Below are positions 23,142-32,474 of a stretch of 64,000 bases of DNA, piece after piece. A program made the translations under genes and the position numbers. The notes below the pieces were generated by a model, which made no database searches, was not told where the DNA came from, and saw only the letters and a program-made list of their open reading frames with translations. This DNA comes from an uncultured Candidatus Binatia bacterium. Lineage in GTDB: Bacteria; Desulfobacterota; Binatia; DP-6. Numbering within the stretch: the first letter of the stretch is position 1; each line of letters opens with the position of its first letter. The stretch lies in NCBI GenBank assembly GCA_964618895.1, contig CAZUDO010000056.1, forward strand, positions 104,744 to 168,743, read 5' to 3'.

Positions 23142-24067
23142 TCGAGGTCCAGAACCTCACCAAGGTGTTCGGGGCGGTCGCAGCCGTGCGCGGCATCTCG
23201 TTCCGCGTAGCGCCGGGCACGATCGTCGGCTTCCTGGGGCCGAACGGTGCCGGGAAGACGACCACCATGCGCATCCTCGCCGGGGTGTTTCCTCCCACCA
23301 GCGGCGCGGTGACGATCGCCGGCCACGATCCGCTGCGGGAGCCGCTCGCGTGCCGGCGGGCGGTGGGGTACTTCCCGGAGTACGCACCCTTCTATCCCGA
23401 TCTGCGCGTCGACGAATATCTCCACTTCGTCGCCCGCATGAAGCGCATCCCGGGCGTGGAACAGCGGGCCGCGGTTCAAAGGGCGCTCGTCCGGTGTGGT
23501 CTCGACGCCGTCCAGCGGCGGCGCGTCGGAACGCTGTCGAAGGGGTATCGGCAGCGTGTCGGGCTCGCTCAGGCCCTGTGCGGCGACCCGCCCGTCCTCG
23601 TGCTCGACGAGCCAACCATCGGCCTCGACCCCGGCCAGGTTGCCGACATCCGGGAGTTGGTGCGCGGACTCCGCGGCAACCGGACGGTCTTCTTCTCGAG
23701 TCACATCCTCTCCGAGGTGGAAGCGCTGTGCGAGCGTGTGATCGTCGTGGCCCGCGGTCGCGTGGTGGGAGAGGGCACCCCGAGCGAGCTGGGTGCCCGG
23801 CTCGCGCCACGGCGGCGGATCGTCCTGCGGGCCGCTGGCCCCCCGGCCGATGTGCAGGAGGCGCTGCGGCGCTTGCCCGGGGTGGAGCGAGTGGCGGAGG
23901 AGGGCGGCGGGTTCGTCGTCGAGGGGACCGGCGCGAGTGATCTCGCACGGCTCGTCGGGGAGGCGATGCACCGGTGCGGGTGGCCGGTGATCGAGCTCCG
24001 TCATGAGACGCTCGATCTGGAGGATATCTTCCTCCAGCTGGTGAGCGCGGAGGCCCGTGCGACATGA
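23138..24067 (+). CDS. ABC transporter ATP-binding protein (gliding-type GldA-like ABC-2 subfamily)
   Basis: MIEVQNLTKVFG..., Walker A GPNGAGKTTT, signature LSKGYRQRV, Walker B LVLDEPT; ATGA overlap with the upstream gene. Confidence 0.9.
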   Translation: MIEVQNLTKVFGAVAAVRGISFRVAPGTIVGFLGPNGAGKTTTMRILAGVFPPTSGAVTIAGHDPLREPLACRRAVGYFPEYAPFYPDLRVDEYLHFVARMKRIPGVEQRAAVQRALVRCGLDAVQRRRVGTLSKGYRQRVGLAQALCGDPPVLVLDEPTIGLDPGQVADIRELVRGLRGNRTVFFSSHILSEVEALCERVIVVARGRVVGEGTPSELGARLAPRRRIVLRAAGPPADVQEALRRLPGVERVAEEGGGFVVEGTGASDLARLVGEAMHRCGWPVIELRHETLDLEDIFLQLVSAEARAT

Positions 24068-24807
24068 GCGTCGTGATGGCGGTGGTCCGGAAGGAGCTGA
24101 TCCTCTACTTCACGTCCTTCGTGTTCTACGGCCTGGCGGGTGTATTCCTCGTGCTCTCGGGGTACTACTTCTACACCAACCTCGAGTTCTTCGTGCTGAT
24201 GGGCGGCATGGATCTGGCTCGCGGCCTGTGGCAGTACGAGTTCATCGACATGCAGCAGCGGCTGTTGGTGTTGGTGCCGCTACTCACCATGCGCCTGTTC
24301 GCCGAAGAGCGGAAGCTCGGGACCCTGGAATTGCTGTGGACGTACCCGGTGCGCGACGGGGAGATCATCGTCGGCAAGTTCCTCGCGTGTGTCATGGTGG
24401 TGACGCTGCTGATCGCGGCGACGGCCCTCTACCCGCTCACGCTGACCCTGGTCACCCCCGTCGATGCGGGCCCTCTCGTCGCAGGCTACCTCGGTCTCGT
24501 ACTGCTCGCGGCCGCCTTCGTCGCGTGTGGACTGTTCCTCTCCGCGGTCACCGACAGCCAGCTGATCGCGGGCGCGGCGACCTACGGGGTGCTGCTCGTG
24601 CTCTGGGCACTCACCTGGAACGAGGCCGCCCTGGGCGCGTCCACGCTGCGGGCGCTGGCGCCGTTGTCGCTCTTCGATCGGTTCCACCCCTTCGCCAGCG
24701 GGGCCGTCGACACCAAGAACGTGGTCTACTTCCTCCTGTTCATGGTGACGTTCCTGTCGTTGGCGTTCTTCGCGCTCGATGCCCGCCGCTGGCGCGGACT
24801 GCGCTGA
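24064..24807 (+). CDS. ABC-2 family permease (GldF-like)
   Basis: Six predicted transmembrane segments; LGTLELLWTYPVRDGEIIVGKFLA; overlaps both neighbouring genes. Confidence 0.8.
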   Translation: MSVVMAVVRKELILYFTSFVFYGLAGVFLVLSGYYFYTNLEFFVLMGGMDLARGLWQYEFIDMQQRLLVLVPLLTMRLFAEERKLGTLELLWTYPVRDGEIIVGKFLACVMVVTLLIAATALYPLTLTLVTPVDAGPLVAGYLGLVLLAAAFVACGLFLSAVTDSQLIAGAATYGVLLVLWALTWNEAALGASTLRALAPLSLFDRFHPFASGAVDTKNVVYFLLFMVTFLSLAFFALDARRWRGLR

Positions 24808-26189
24808 TGACGGTCGTGCGTACGGCCCGTACCTGGGGGCGTCTCGGCTGCCACGTGGTCCTGTTGCTCCTCGGAATCGGCCTGCTGCAGGTCGTCGCCG
24901 ACCGCACGAACCGGCGCCTCGATCTGACGCCCAGGCGGACGCTGTCGCTGTCGCCGGTCACGCACAACGTGCTGGAGGAAGTGGACCTGCCCTGCAGCCT
25001 CACGGTCTTCTTCCGGCGCGGGACGCGTGAGCGCTATGCCGAGCTGCTGGCGCGCCTGCAGGAGGCGAATCGGCACGTGACGGTCGAGCTGCTCGATCTC
25101 GACCGGTACCCGGAACGCGGCCGCAGCCTGGGGGTGACCCAGTACGGGCGGGTGGCCATCACGTGCGCGGGGCACCGCGTGGTGGTGGCGGCGCTTCCCG
25201 AGGCGGCGCTCGCGGGTGGGCTCCTGCGTGCCGTGCGGGGGGAATCGCGCCAGGTTCTGTTCACCACCGGCCATGGCGAGCGGACGCCGGGGAACCAGCC
25301 GGAGAACTACGGGCGGCTGGTGAGTGCCTTGGGGGCGGAGAACTATGCCGCGGAGGGCCTGGCACTTCTCGACGGCACGATCCCCGCGGGGACGGAGCTG
25401 GTGGTCGTCGCCGGGCCGACGCGGGACTTCCTGACGCCCGAGCTCGACGCGCTAGCGAGCTACCTCAAGGCAGGTGGTGGGGTCCTCCTGCTGCTCGATC
25501 CCGGACCGTTGTCCAATCTGGCGCGCTTTCTGGCGAGCCTGGGCATCCGTCTCGCCGACGACCTGCTGGTCGACCGCGAGAAGCGGGTCCTCGGGACCGA
25601 TGGTCTGGCGACCGTGGTCGAGCTGTTCAAGCGCGGCAACCCGGTGTCCGACCCGGACGCCAATCCGCACGCGACCGGCGCAGTGTTGCCGTCGGCGCGC
25701 ACCGTGGACGTGGCGGGCGAGGTCGCCAGTGTCCGCGCCGAGAGCATCGCGCGCACCGCGCCGACGGCGTGGGCGATGGCGGACGTCGCGCGCGCGCAGC
25801 GGGGCGAGGACCCGTCCGAGGCGGTGGGTGACCAACGGGGCTCCGCGTCGATCATGGTCCTGGCGGAGATCGGAGGTAGCGTGGACGCCAGCGGGCGACC
25901 ACCCGGGCGGTTGGTCGTGGTGGGCGACGCCGACTTCGCCAGCGACGCCTATCTCGATCTGCTCGGCAATCGCGATCTAGTGCTGAACGCGGTGGCGTGG
26001 CTCGCAGGCGAACCGGTGCTCGCCGCAACGCGGCCGGCCGAGGTCGTGGAGGTGATGCGGCCGCTGTCACCCGTCATTCTGACGACGCGTCAGGCCCGCG
26101 CGATCTTCGTGACCACCGTCGTGGCGCAACCCGCTCTCGTGCTACTCTTCGGCACGGTGGTGGTCGGGCTCCGGCGGCGGTGGGGATAG
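24807..26189 (+). CDS. GldG-like ABC-transporter auxiliary component
   Basis: N-terminal transmembrane segment, a large periplasmic domain (LFTTGHGER, VVVGDADFASDAYL), and a C-terminal transmembrane anchor; gene order matches gldA/F/G. Confidence 0.75.
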   Translation: MTVVRTARTWGRLGCHVVLLLLGIGLLQVVADRTNRRLDLTPRRTLSLSPVTHNVLEEVDLPCSLTVFFRRGTRERYAELLARLQEANRHVTVELLDLDRYPERGRSLGVTQYGRVAITCAGHRVVVAALPEAALAGGLLRAVRGESRQVLFTTGHGERTPGNQPENYGRLVSALGAENYAAEGLALLDGTIPAGTELVVVAGPTRDFLTPELDALASYLKAGGGVLLLLDPGPLSNLARFLASLGIRLADDLLVDREKRVLGTDGLATVVELFKRGNPVSDPDANPHATGAVLPSARTVDVAGEVASVRAESIARTAPTAWAMADVARAQRGEDPSEAVGDQRGSASIMVLAEIGGSVDASGRPPGRLVVVGDADFASDAYLDLLGNRDLVLNAVAWLAGEPVLAATRPAEVVEVMRPLSPVILTTRQARAIFVTTVVAQPALVLLFGTVVVGLRRRWG

Positions 26190-26203
26190 CCCTGCGGACG
26201 AAG

Positions 26204-26710
26204 GTGTTGGCCCTCCTGGTGCTGACCGGGGTGGCACTGCTCTCGGTGGTGCGTTCGCCGGCCCCCCGAACGGGGCGCGATGCGGTTCGCGGCCAGCGTG
26301 TCTTCCGCACGGCGTCCGCGCAGTTGGTACGCGAGATCGACGTGGTGCTGGGGGATCGCCACCTCGTGGCGCGTCCGCACGCCGACGCCTGGACGGTCGA
26401 CGGCCGGCCGGTGGACACTGGCACGGCCGGGGCGCTGGCGGAGCTGCTGGACCATCTGGTGGCCCTGCGCGCACTCGACGTATTTCGTCCGCGCGATGCG
26501 GCGAGCTACGGCTTCGACCGTCCGCGTGCGACGATCACGCTCCATACGACGCGCCGGATCCGCAGGCTTCTCCTCGGCGACCTCAACGCCGCCGGCAGCG
26601 CGCTCTACGCCCGGCGCGAGGGGGACCCGCGCGTGCTCCAGGTGGGCGTGTTGCTGCTGTCGCAGCTCGAGCACGTGTTCTATCGCCTGGAAACGGGCGC
26701 GCGTCCGTGA
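26204..26710 (+). CDS. Hypothetical membrane-anchored protein (DUF4340-like position after gldG)
   Basis: GTG/TTG start directly after the gldG stop; N-terminal transmembrane segment LALLVLTGVALLSV; about 168 aa; no catalytic motifs. Confidence 0.4.
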   Translation: MLALLVLTGVALLSVVRSPAPRTGRDAVRGQRVFRTASAQLVREIDVVLGDRHLVARPHADAWTVDGRPVDTGTAGALAELLDHLVALRALDVFRPRDAASYGFDRPRATITLHTTRRIRRLLLGDLNAAGSALYARREGDPRVLQVGVLLLSQLEHVFYRLETGARP

Positions 26711-26717
26711 CCGGCGA

Positions 26718-26987
26718 TCACGACCCCGAGATGGGGTAATCCGGCTCGCCGACGCACCGTGCACAGCGGCACAGGTCGCGCACCTCGTCGATCAGCAGCA
26801 CCGTCTCGTGGGCGTCGCCCCAGTGGAAGAAGAGGCTCCGCTCGCCCAGCACGTCGACGCGCACGAGGTGCTCGGCCTCGGCCGGGAGCGGGGCATCCGG
26901 GGGGCGCGCCGTGCAGGCGTCGCAGGGGCACGCCGCGCGCAGATTGCGATAGGGCAGGATGCTGTCGTGGCGGTCGCCCCACGCCAC
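26718..26987 (-). CDS. DUF971-family small protein
   Basis: Two half-repeats, WGDRHDSILPYRNLRAACPCDAC and HWGDAHETVLLIDEVRDLCRCARC, matching the W-DGH...LR..CPCA.C signature. The frame stays open for about 30 more codons upstream (...IERLSEVGRYALGVAWGD), so a non-ATG start further 5' is likely. Confidence 0.5.
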   Translation of the reverse strand: MAWGDRHDSILPYRNLRAACPCDACTARPPDAPLPAEAEHLVRVDVLGERSLFFHWGDAHETVLLIDEVRDLCRCARCVGEPDYPISGS

Positions 26988-27069
26988 GCCGAGGGCGTAG
27001 CGCCCGACCTCGCTCAGCCGCTCGATGTGCGTCGCCTCTGGCGATCGGGGACGGGCCAGTGGCGATCTC

Positions 27070-27855
27070 CTATCCGAGCATGATCATGCCGCCGTCGACG
27101 ACCAGCGTCTGACCCGTCATGAGGTCGGAGTCGGCGGATGCGAGGAACACGGCCGTGCCGGTGAGATCCTCGGGTTGCAGGGGCTTGCGAAGGGCGCTGA
27201 ACATCACGAGCGAACTGGCCAGCTCTTCGGGCACGATCTTCCGCGTGGCTTCCGTCATCGTCACACCGGGGGCGATCGCGTTCACGTTGATGCCCCAGGG
27301 CCCGAGGGCTCCGGCCATGTACTTGGTGAGCCCGGCGATGCCGATTTTGGCGACACTGTAGTGGAACGGCGGCATCGGCTTGTCCGCATCCTCGGTGTCG
27401 ACCAGGCCGACGTTGCCCAGGTACGCGGCCGTCGACGACTGGTGGATGATCTTGCCCGCGCGCTGGCGCTTCATGTGGCGCTCCACGGCGCGGCTCATGA
27501 GCCAGGCCCCGGTGAGGTTCACCGACAGCACACGGTTGAAGTAGGCGAGCGACGTCTGCTCGCGGTCGAGGTCGTAGTAGATGGCGGCGTTGTTCACCAG
27601 GATGTCGATGCGCCCGAAGCGGTCGATTGCCCGGGCGGCGAGCGCCTGTGTGCTCGCCTCGTCGGCCACGTCGACGGGCGCCGCCAGTGCGTCGGGGCCG
27701 AGCGCGCGACATTCCCCCGCCACGGCTTCGGCCTCGGGGTGGCGGATATCGGCCACGACCACGCGCGCCCCCTCGCGGGCGAAGCGCAGGGCGTAGGCTC
27801 GTCCGATCCCCTGAGCCGCGCCGGTAATGATCGCCACCCGGTCGTGCAGACGCAC
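27070..27855 (-). CDS. SDR-family oxidoreductase
   Basis: TGAAQGIGRA Rossmann motif, NNAAI, and the catalytic YSVAK tetrad region. Confidence 0.9.
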   Translation of the reverse strand: MRLHDRVAIITGAAQGIGRAYALRFAREGARVVVADIRHPEAEAVAGECRALGPDALAAPVDVADEASTQALAARAIDRFGRIDILVNNAAIYYDLDREQTSLAYFNRVLSVNLTGAWLMSRAVERHMKRQRAGKIIHQSSTAAYLGNVGLVDTEDADKPMPPFHYSVAKIGIAGLTKYMAGALGPWGINVNAIAPGVTMTEATRKIVPEELASSLVMFSALRKPLQPEDLTGTAVFLASADSDLMTGQTLVVDGGMIMLG

Positions 27856-27899
27856 GCGCCGCGGCTATCACCGGCGCGCGCGGCGTGTCAACGTCGGGG

Positions 27900-28127
27900 T
27901 TACTCTTCCTCGCGTGTGGCTTCTCGCTCGAGCGCGTCTTCGAGCGCCTCGATCGAGATCGTCTGCAGGCGGCGGAGCGGTGCCGGGATGCTCGCCACCG
28001 GCCAGTCGGTGGGGATCTCCCCGCCGTGCCAGTGCACGCGCGGCCGCGGCGGCAGGCCGTCGACGTACGCCGGATCGATGGACGGATCGAGTGGCTCGAG
28101 ACGGTGGTGCGAGCAGTTCGACACCAT
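27900..28127 (-). CDS. Small hypothetical protein with acidic C-terminus
   Basis: A 75-aa ORF MVSNCSHHRLEPLDPSIDPAYVDGLPPRPRVHWHGGEIPTDW...EALEDALEREATREEE; the internal ATG is preferred over the Arg-rich ORF-track extension. Confidence 0.35.
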   Translation of the reverse strand: MVSNCSHHRLEPLDPSIDPAYVDGLPPRPRVHWHGGEIPTDWPVASIPAPLRRLQTISIEALEDALEREATREEE

Positions 28128-28279
28128 CAGAAGACCCTCCTCGTCGGACGGCAAGATGGTAGCTCCGACCAGAGGGATGCACAAGGAAATTCTGCGCTCG
28201 CCGGTTTGCGGGGCGCGCGAGCGCACCTGGGATGGCGCCCGGCGGCGGGATGGACAATATATCGAACGCTCGTTAGTTA

Positions 28280-28993
28280 ATGGCCGCCATGGTGCAACGG
28301 GTACGGACGGGACGCAAGCGCGTGCTGGCACGGGCCGTGCCCCGCACGCCCCGGGCGGAGGACGCGCCGCGCTCGCCCGGGCGGCCGGTCGGTGCCGATG
28401 GCGACCGCACGCGCGAGCGCATTCTCGAGAAGGCGATCGAGACGTTCGCCGACTTCGGCTTCGCCGGCGCATCGGTGCGCGACATCGCGCGCAAGGCGCG
28501 CATCCGGGTGTCGTCCCTGTACCACTACTTCCCCTCCAAGGCCGCCCTCTACCTCGCCGTTGAGGAGCGCATCGCGCAGCAGATCCGCGAGATCGCACTG
28601 TCGTCGGTCACGAAAGAGGCCGACCTGCGCGCGATGGTGCGCGACTCGGTCGGGCGCCTGTTCGATTTCTACCTCGAACGTCCGGCGTACGTGCGCCTCG
28701 GCTACCGCTTCCATCTGGACGGCGAACGGCGACCGGGCGGGTCGGAGCGCATCTTCGAGCGCTGGGTCGGCTTCATGGAAGCGCTCATGAAGCCGGCCGA
28801 AACGCAGGGCATCCTGAAACCGATCGACCCACCGCTCCTGATGGCTTCGGTCGAGGGGCTGCTCGCCTCGCACCTGACCAACGACGCCCTCTACCGCACC
28901 TTCTACGGCACCAGCCTCGACGACCCCGCCACCGCGGCGCGCGTGCGCGAGCACGTGATCCAGATGGTGCTGCGGGCGGTCGGCCTCGACTGA
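28280..28993 (+). CDS. TetR-family transcriptional regulator
   Basis: HTH FGFAGASVRDIARKARIRVSSLYHYFPSKAALY, about 237 aa; paralogous to the TetR at 45030. Confidence 0.85.
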   Translation: MAAMVQRVRTGRKRVLARAVPRTPRAEDAPRSPGRPVGADGDRTRERILEKAIETFADFGFAGASVRDIARKARIRVSSLYHYFPSKAALYLAVEERIAQQIREIALSSVTKEADLRAMVRDSVGRLFDFYLERPAYVRLGYRFHLDGERRPGGSERIFERWVGFMEALMKPAETQGILKPIDPPLLMASVEGLLASHLTNDALYRTFYGTSLDDPATAARVREHVIQMVLRAVGLD

Positions 28994-29149
28994 GTCGTGC
29001 GTGCGCTCTGAATCTATCGAACGGTCGATCGAAGTTCATCCCCCGCCGCGCGCGTCCGTGCCGGCGCTCGATGCGGGTGTTCCGCTTGACTCCCCGGGGC
29101 CGCTCGGCCATGCAGATGCCCGGCTCGCTGCGCTCAGGACGAATCACTG

Positions 29150-29602
29150 ATGCCGTCGAAAGACATGATTGGCCGGGTGCTGTCGACCGGCAGTGCCACC
29201 GTCACCGCCGAGAGCATCGCCGCGTTCGCGCGGGCGCTCGGTGATCCCGACCCGCTCTATCTCGACCCGCAGGCCGCACGCCGGGGGTTGTTCGGGTCCA
29301 TCGTCGCGCCGCCGACGTACCCGATCGCCTTCATGGTGCAGGCGATGGCGGGCGGGATGGACACCTTCCTCGAGCTTGGCCTCGACTTCATGACGCTCGT
29401 GCACGGCGAGCAGGAGTTCGAATACCGGCGCCCGATCCGTGCTGGCGAGACGTTGACGCTCACCGGCCGCATCGCCGACGTCTACGACAAGACGGGCGGC
29501 AGCGGCACGCTGGACTTCGTCGTGCTCGAGACCGAGGCGCGCGATCCGGAGGGCGAGGTGGTGTTCTTCTCGCGCAATACGCTCATCTCCCGGAGGACAT
29601 GA
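29150..29602 (+). CDS. MaoC-like hydratase, N-terminal-type hotdog subunit (ChsH1/HadA-like)
   Basis: A 150-aa hotdog fold (FARALGDPDPLYLDPQAAR...VHGEQEFEY) lacking the catalytic D/H motif, as in non-catalytic partner subunits; the stop overlaps the next gene's start. Confidence 0.8.
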   Translation: MPSKDMIGRVLSTGSATVTAESIAAFARALGDPDPLYLDPQAARRGLFGSIVAPPTYPIAFMVQAMAGGMDTFLELGLDFMTLVHGEQEFEYRRPIRAGETLTLTGRIADVYDKTGGSGTLDFVVLETEARDPEGEVVFFSRNTLISRRT

Positions 29603-30027
29603 TGCCCGCGCTCGATGCCAAGACGGTTGCGGTCGGCCAGGAGCTTCCGCCGCTGCAGAAGGGGCCGATCACCCGCGACGACCTGAAGGCCTACGCCGCG
29701 GCGTCGGGGGATCCCAATCCGATCCACATCGACGAGGAGTTCGCCAAGAACGCCGGCTACGCCGGCGTGTTCGCCCACGGCATGCTGTCGATGGGCTACC
29801 TGGGACAGTTCCTCGTCCAGGCCGCCAGCCTCGCGGGCGTGCGCCGCTTCCGCACCCGCTTCGCCAAGCTCACCTGGCCGGGCGACGTGATCACCTGTCG
29901 CGGGGCGGTCACGGCGATCCGGGACGAGGGCAGCGTGCGTCTCGTCGAGTGCGACATCTGGACCGAGAACCAGGACGGCGAGAAGAAGCTCACCGGGAGC
30001 GCGGTGCTCGCCCTGCCGCGCGGGTAG
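29599..30027 (+). CDS. MaoC-family (R)-specific enoyl-CoA hydratase, catalytic subunit
   Basis: SGDPNPIHIDEEFAKNAGYAGVFAHGML, the canonical MaoC dehydratase active-site motif; 142 aa. Confidence 0.85.
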   Translation: MMPALDAKTVAVGQELPPLQKGPITRDDLKAYAAASGDPNPIHIDEEFAKNAGYAGVFAHGMLSMGYLGQFLVQAASLAGVRRFRTRFAKLTWPGDVITCRGAVTAIRDEGSVRLVECDIWTENQDGEKKLTGSAVLALPRG

Positions 30028-30035
30028 TCGACCGC

Positions 30036-31196
30036 ATGGGTGACGCCACGCGGCTACGCGACCGCTACGCGATCGCGGGGATCGGCCTGTCGCGCTTCGG
30101 GAAGCTCCCCGGGACGAGCGCCATGGGCTTCACGCTCGAGGCCGCCAAGAACGCGATCGACGACTGCGGCATCTCGCGCGATGCGATCGACGGCGTGCTC
30201 GCGCTCATGCCGGCCGTCATGGGTGAGCAGCACGGGTGGGCGTCCCGGGTGGCGGCGTTCCTCGGCATCACGCCGTCCTACTGCGCCACCATGGACATGG
30301 GCGGCGCGACCGCCATCGGCATGATCCAGACCGCCGCGATGGCGATCGAGGCCGGCTTCTGCTCCGCGGTCCTGTGCGCGTTCGCGTGCCAGAACAACCC
30401 GCAAGGCGTGATCCCCATGCTCTTCGGGTCGCCGTACGCCATCCCGTACGGCGACGTGGGTGCGATCACCTTCATGGGGCACGTTGCCCGACGGCAGATG
30501 CACGAGTACGGGCTGACCAGCCGGCACTACGGCCATGTCGCGGTCACCTGGCGGGCGCACGCGGCCACCAATCCGCTCGCCCAGAAGCGCGAGCCGATCA
30601 CGCTGGACGACCACCAGAACTCCAAGATCATCAACGATCCCCTGCGGCTCCTCGACTGCTGCCTGGTCACCGACGGCGGCGGCGCGGTGATCGTGACCAG
30701 CGCCGGGCGGGCCCGCGACCTGCGCCAGCGGCCGGCCCTGATCGCGGGGCTCGGCCAGATTCATTCGTCGGAGATCATTCGTCCGTACGATACCGGGCGC
30801 GGCGGGGGACGCGAGGCTGCCGAGGCGGCGTACCGGATGGCGGGCTGCGCCGCCGGCGACATCGATGTGGTACAGCTCTACGACGGCTTCACGCCGCTGG
30901 TGGTGCACGAGCTGGTGGCGTACGGGTTCGCCACCTGGGACGACGTCGGGAGCCTGCTGGAGAGCGGGGCGTTACGGCACGGGGGGCGGCTGCCGAGCAA
31001 CACCGCCGGCGGCCTGCTCTCGGAAGGCCACCTCTCCGGGTTCGGTCACGTCGCGGAGGCCGTGCGCCAGGTGCGCGGCACGTCGCGTTGCCAGGTCCCG
31101 GGCGTGGCGCTGTCCATGGTCACCGGCTACGGAGGCGCTCCACACGAGTCGCCGCCGACGGTGGCGTACACGGTGGCGATCCTGCGGGGAGGGTGA
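30036..31196 (+). CDS. SCP-x/Ltp2-type thiolase-like protein (non-canonical thiolase/aldolase)
   Basis: A 386-aa thiolase fold (YAIAGIGLSRFGKLPG..., C-terminal TAGGLLSEGHLSGFGHVAEAVRQVRG) without the classic Cys-His-Cys thiolase triad context, as in Ltp2-type lipid-transfer proteins. Confidence 0.8.
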   Translation: MGDATRLRDRYAIAGIGLSRFGKLPGTSAMGFTLEAAKNAIDDCGISRDAIDGVLALMPAVMGEQHGWASRVAAFLGITPSYCATMDMGGATAIGMIQTAAMAIEAGFCSAVLCAFACQNNPQGVIPMLFGSPYAIPYGDVGAITFMGHVARRQMHEYGLTSRHYGHVAVTWRAHAATNPLAQKREPITLDDHQNSKIINDPLRLLDCCLVTDGGGAVIVTSAGRARDLRQRPALIAGLGQIHSSEIIRPYDTGRGGGREAAEAAYRMAGCAAGDIDVVQLYDGFTPLVVHELVAYGFATWDDVGSLLESGALRHGGRLPSNTAGGLLSEGHLSGFGHVAEAVRQVRGTSRCQVPGVALSMVTGYGGAPHESPPTVAYTVAILRGG

Positions 31197-31198
31197 GG

Positions 31199-32047
31199 AT
31201 GATGGTGACGACACGCGACCTCGACGTCGACGGCATCCGGCTGCACGTGGCGGAGGCAGGGGAAGGCCCGGCACTGGTGCTCCTCCACGGCCTGTCGGCC
31301 ACGCACGCCAACTGGGAGCACACCATTCCGGCGTTCGCCGACCGCTGGCGCGTGATCGCGCCGGACCTGCCCGGGCACGGCCGGTCGGCCAAGCCGGATG
31401 CGCCGTACAGCATCGACTTCTATGCCGGCGTGATCCGGAGCCTCGGGCGCGCCCTCGGCGTGCACGAGGCGGTGGTGGTCGGGAACTCGCTCGGGGGGCA
31501 GATCGCGATCGAGCTGGCGCTGTCCTACCCGACGTGGACGCGCGCCCTGGTGCTCGCCGCGCCGGCGGGAAGCTTCGGGCCGCTGCGTGTCCTCGGCCCG
31601 GTGCTGGGGGTGGTCACGCCGCCGGCGGTGCTCCGCTTCAGTCTGCCGCGGACGCTCGAACGCTGCTTCTACGACCACGCGCATCCGGCGCTCGACATGC
31701 GCCGGCGTATTCTGGCCGAACGGCTCGCCGCGGCGGACTTCCCCGACTTCGCCCGCGCGGTGTCGCGGTCGATCACAGGCGCGCTGCGCGGGAGCGGTCA
31801 GCCCCTGGAGCGTCTGACGCAGCCGACGCTCCTGGTCTGGGGTCGCGACGATCGCACGCTGCCGCTCTGGAACAGCCGATGGTTCCTCCGCGCCGTTCCG
31901 CACGCCCGCTTCGTGGCGCTGGAGCGCTGCGGGCACCTGCCGATGCTCGAACACGCGAGTCACTTCAATCGCCTGATGGCGGAGTTCCTGTGCGCCGTGG
32001 CGGCGGCCCCCCTGCCGGGGGCACGGCGCGCCAGCGGGGACACCTGA
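31199..32047 (+). CDS. Alpha/beta-fold hydrolase
   Basis: Nucleophile elbow GNSLGG, the HGxP-type motif LLHGLSATHANW, and C-terminal catalytic His in ERCGHLPMLE. Confidence 0.85.
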   Translation: MMVTTRDLDVDGIRLHVAEAGEGPALVLLHGLSATHANWEHTIPAFADRWRVIAPDLPGHGRSAKPDAPYSIDFYAGVIRSLGRALGVHEAVVVGNSLGGQIAIELALSYPTWTRALVLAAPAGSFGPLRVLGPVLGVVTPPAVLRFSLPRTLERCFYDHAHPALDMRRRILAERLAAADFPDFARAVSRSITGALRGSGQPLERLTQPTLLVWGRDDRTLPLWNSRWFLRAVPHARFVALERCGHLPMLEHASHFNRLMAEFLCAVAAAPLPGARRASGDT

Positions 32048-32457
32048 TGTTCGTCATCGAGAAGCCGATGCCCGCCGTCACCGAGGACGGCGCGCCGTAC
32101 TGGGAGGGCTGCCGCCAGGGCGTGCTGCGCGCGCAGCGCTGCACGGCGTGCCGGCACGTACGCTGGCCGCCGAGCGTGCTGTGCCCGAAGTGTCTGGCCG
32201 ACGGCACCGAGTGGATCGCGCTGTCGGGCCGCGGGGCCATCTATTCGTTCATCGTCGTACACCGGCCGCAACATCCGGCGTTCTTCGCCGACGCGCCCTA
32301 CAACGTCGCCATCGTCGAGCTGGCCGAGGGCATCCGGCTGCACGCCAGCATCGTCGACTGTCCGAACGAGGCCCTCCAGGTCGGGATGCCGGTCGAGGTC
32401 GTCTTCGACAAGGTGAACGACGAGGTGACGCTGCCTCGCTTCCGGCCCCGGCGGTAG
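32047..32457 (+). CDS. DUF35 protein (Zn-ribbon plus OB-fold; thiolase/aldolase partner subunit)
   Basis: CTACRHVRWPPSVLCPKCL rubredoxin-like C4 ribbon followed by an OB-fold (GRGAIYSFIVVH...); 136 aa; its ATG overlaps the hydrolase stop. Confidence 0.8.
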   Translation: MFVIEKPMPAVTEDGAPYWEGCRQGVLRAQRCTACRHVRWPPSVLCPKCLADGTEWIALSGRGAIYSFIVVHRPQHPAFFADAPYNVAIVELAEGIRLHASIVDCPNEALQVGMPVEVVFDKVNDEVTLPRFRPRR

Positions 32458-32474
32458 AAAGCGCACGTCGGCCC

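Noticed and set aside
22547-26189. ORF-track N-terminal over-extensions (ABC ATPase as 506 aa, GldG as 710 aa, PilB as 842 aa, PABS fusion as 875 aa, thiolase as 415 aa, yjbQ as 193 aa)
   Set aside because: Conserved N-termini plus RBS or overlap-coupled internal start codons give standard-length proteins. The extensions overlap upstream genes and are compositionally abnormal.
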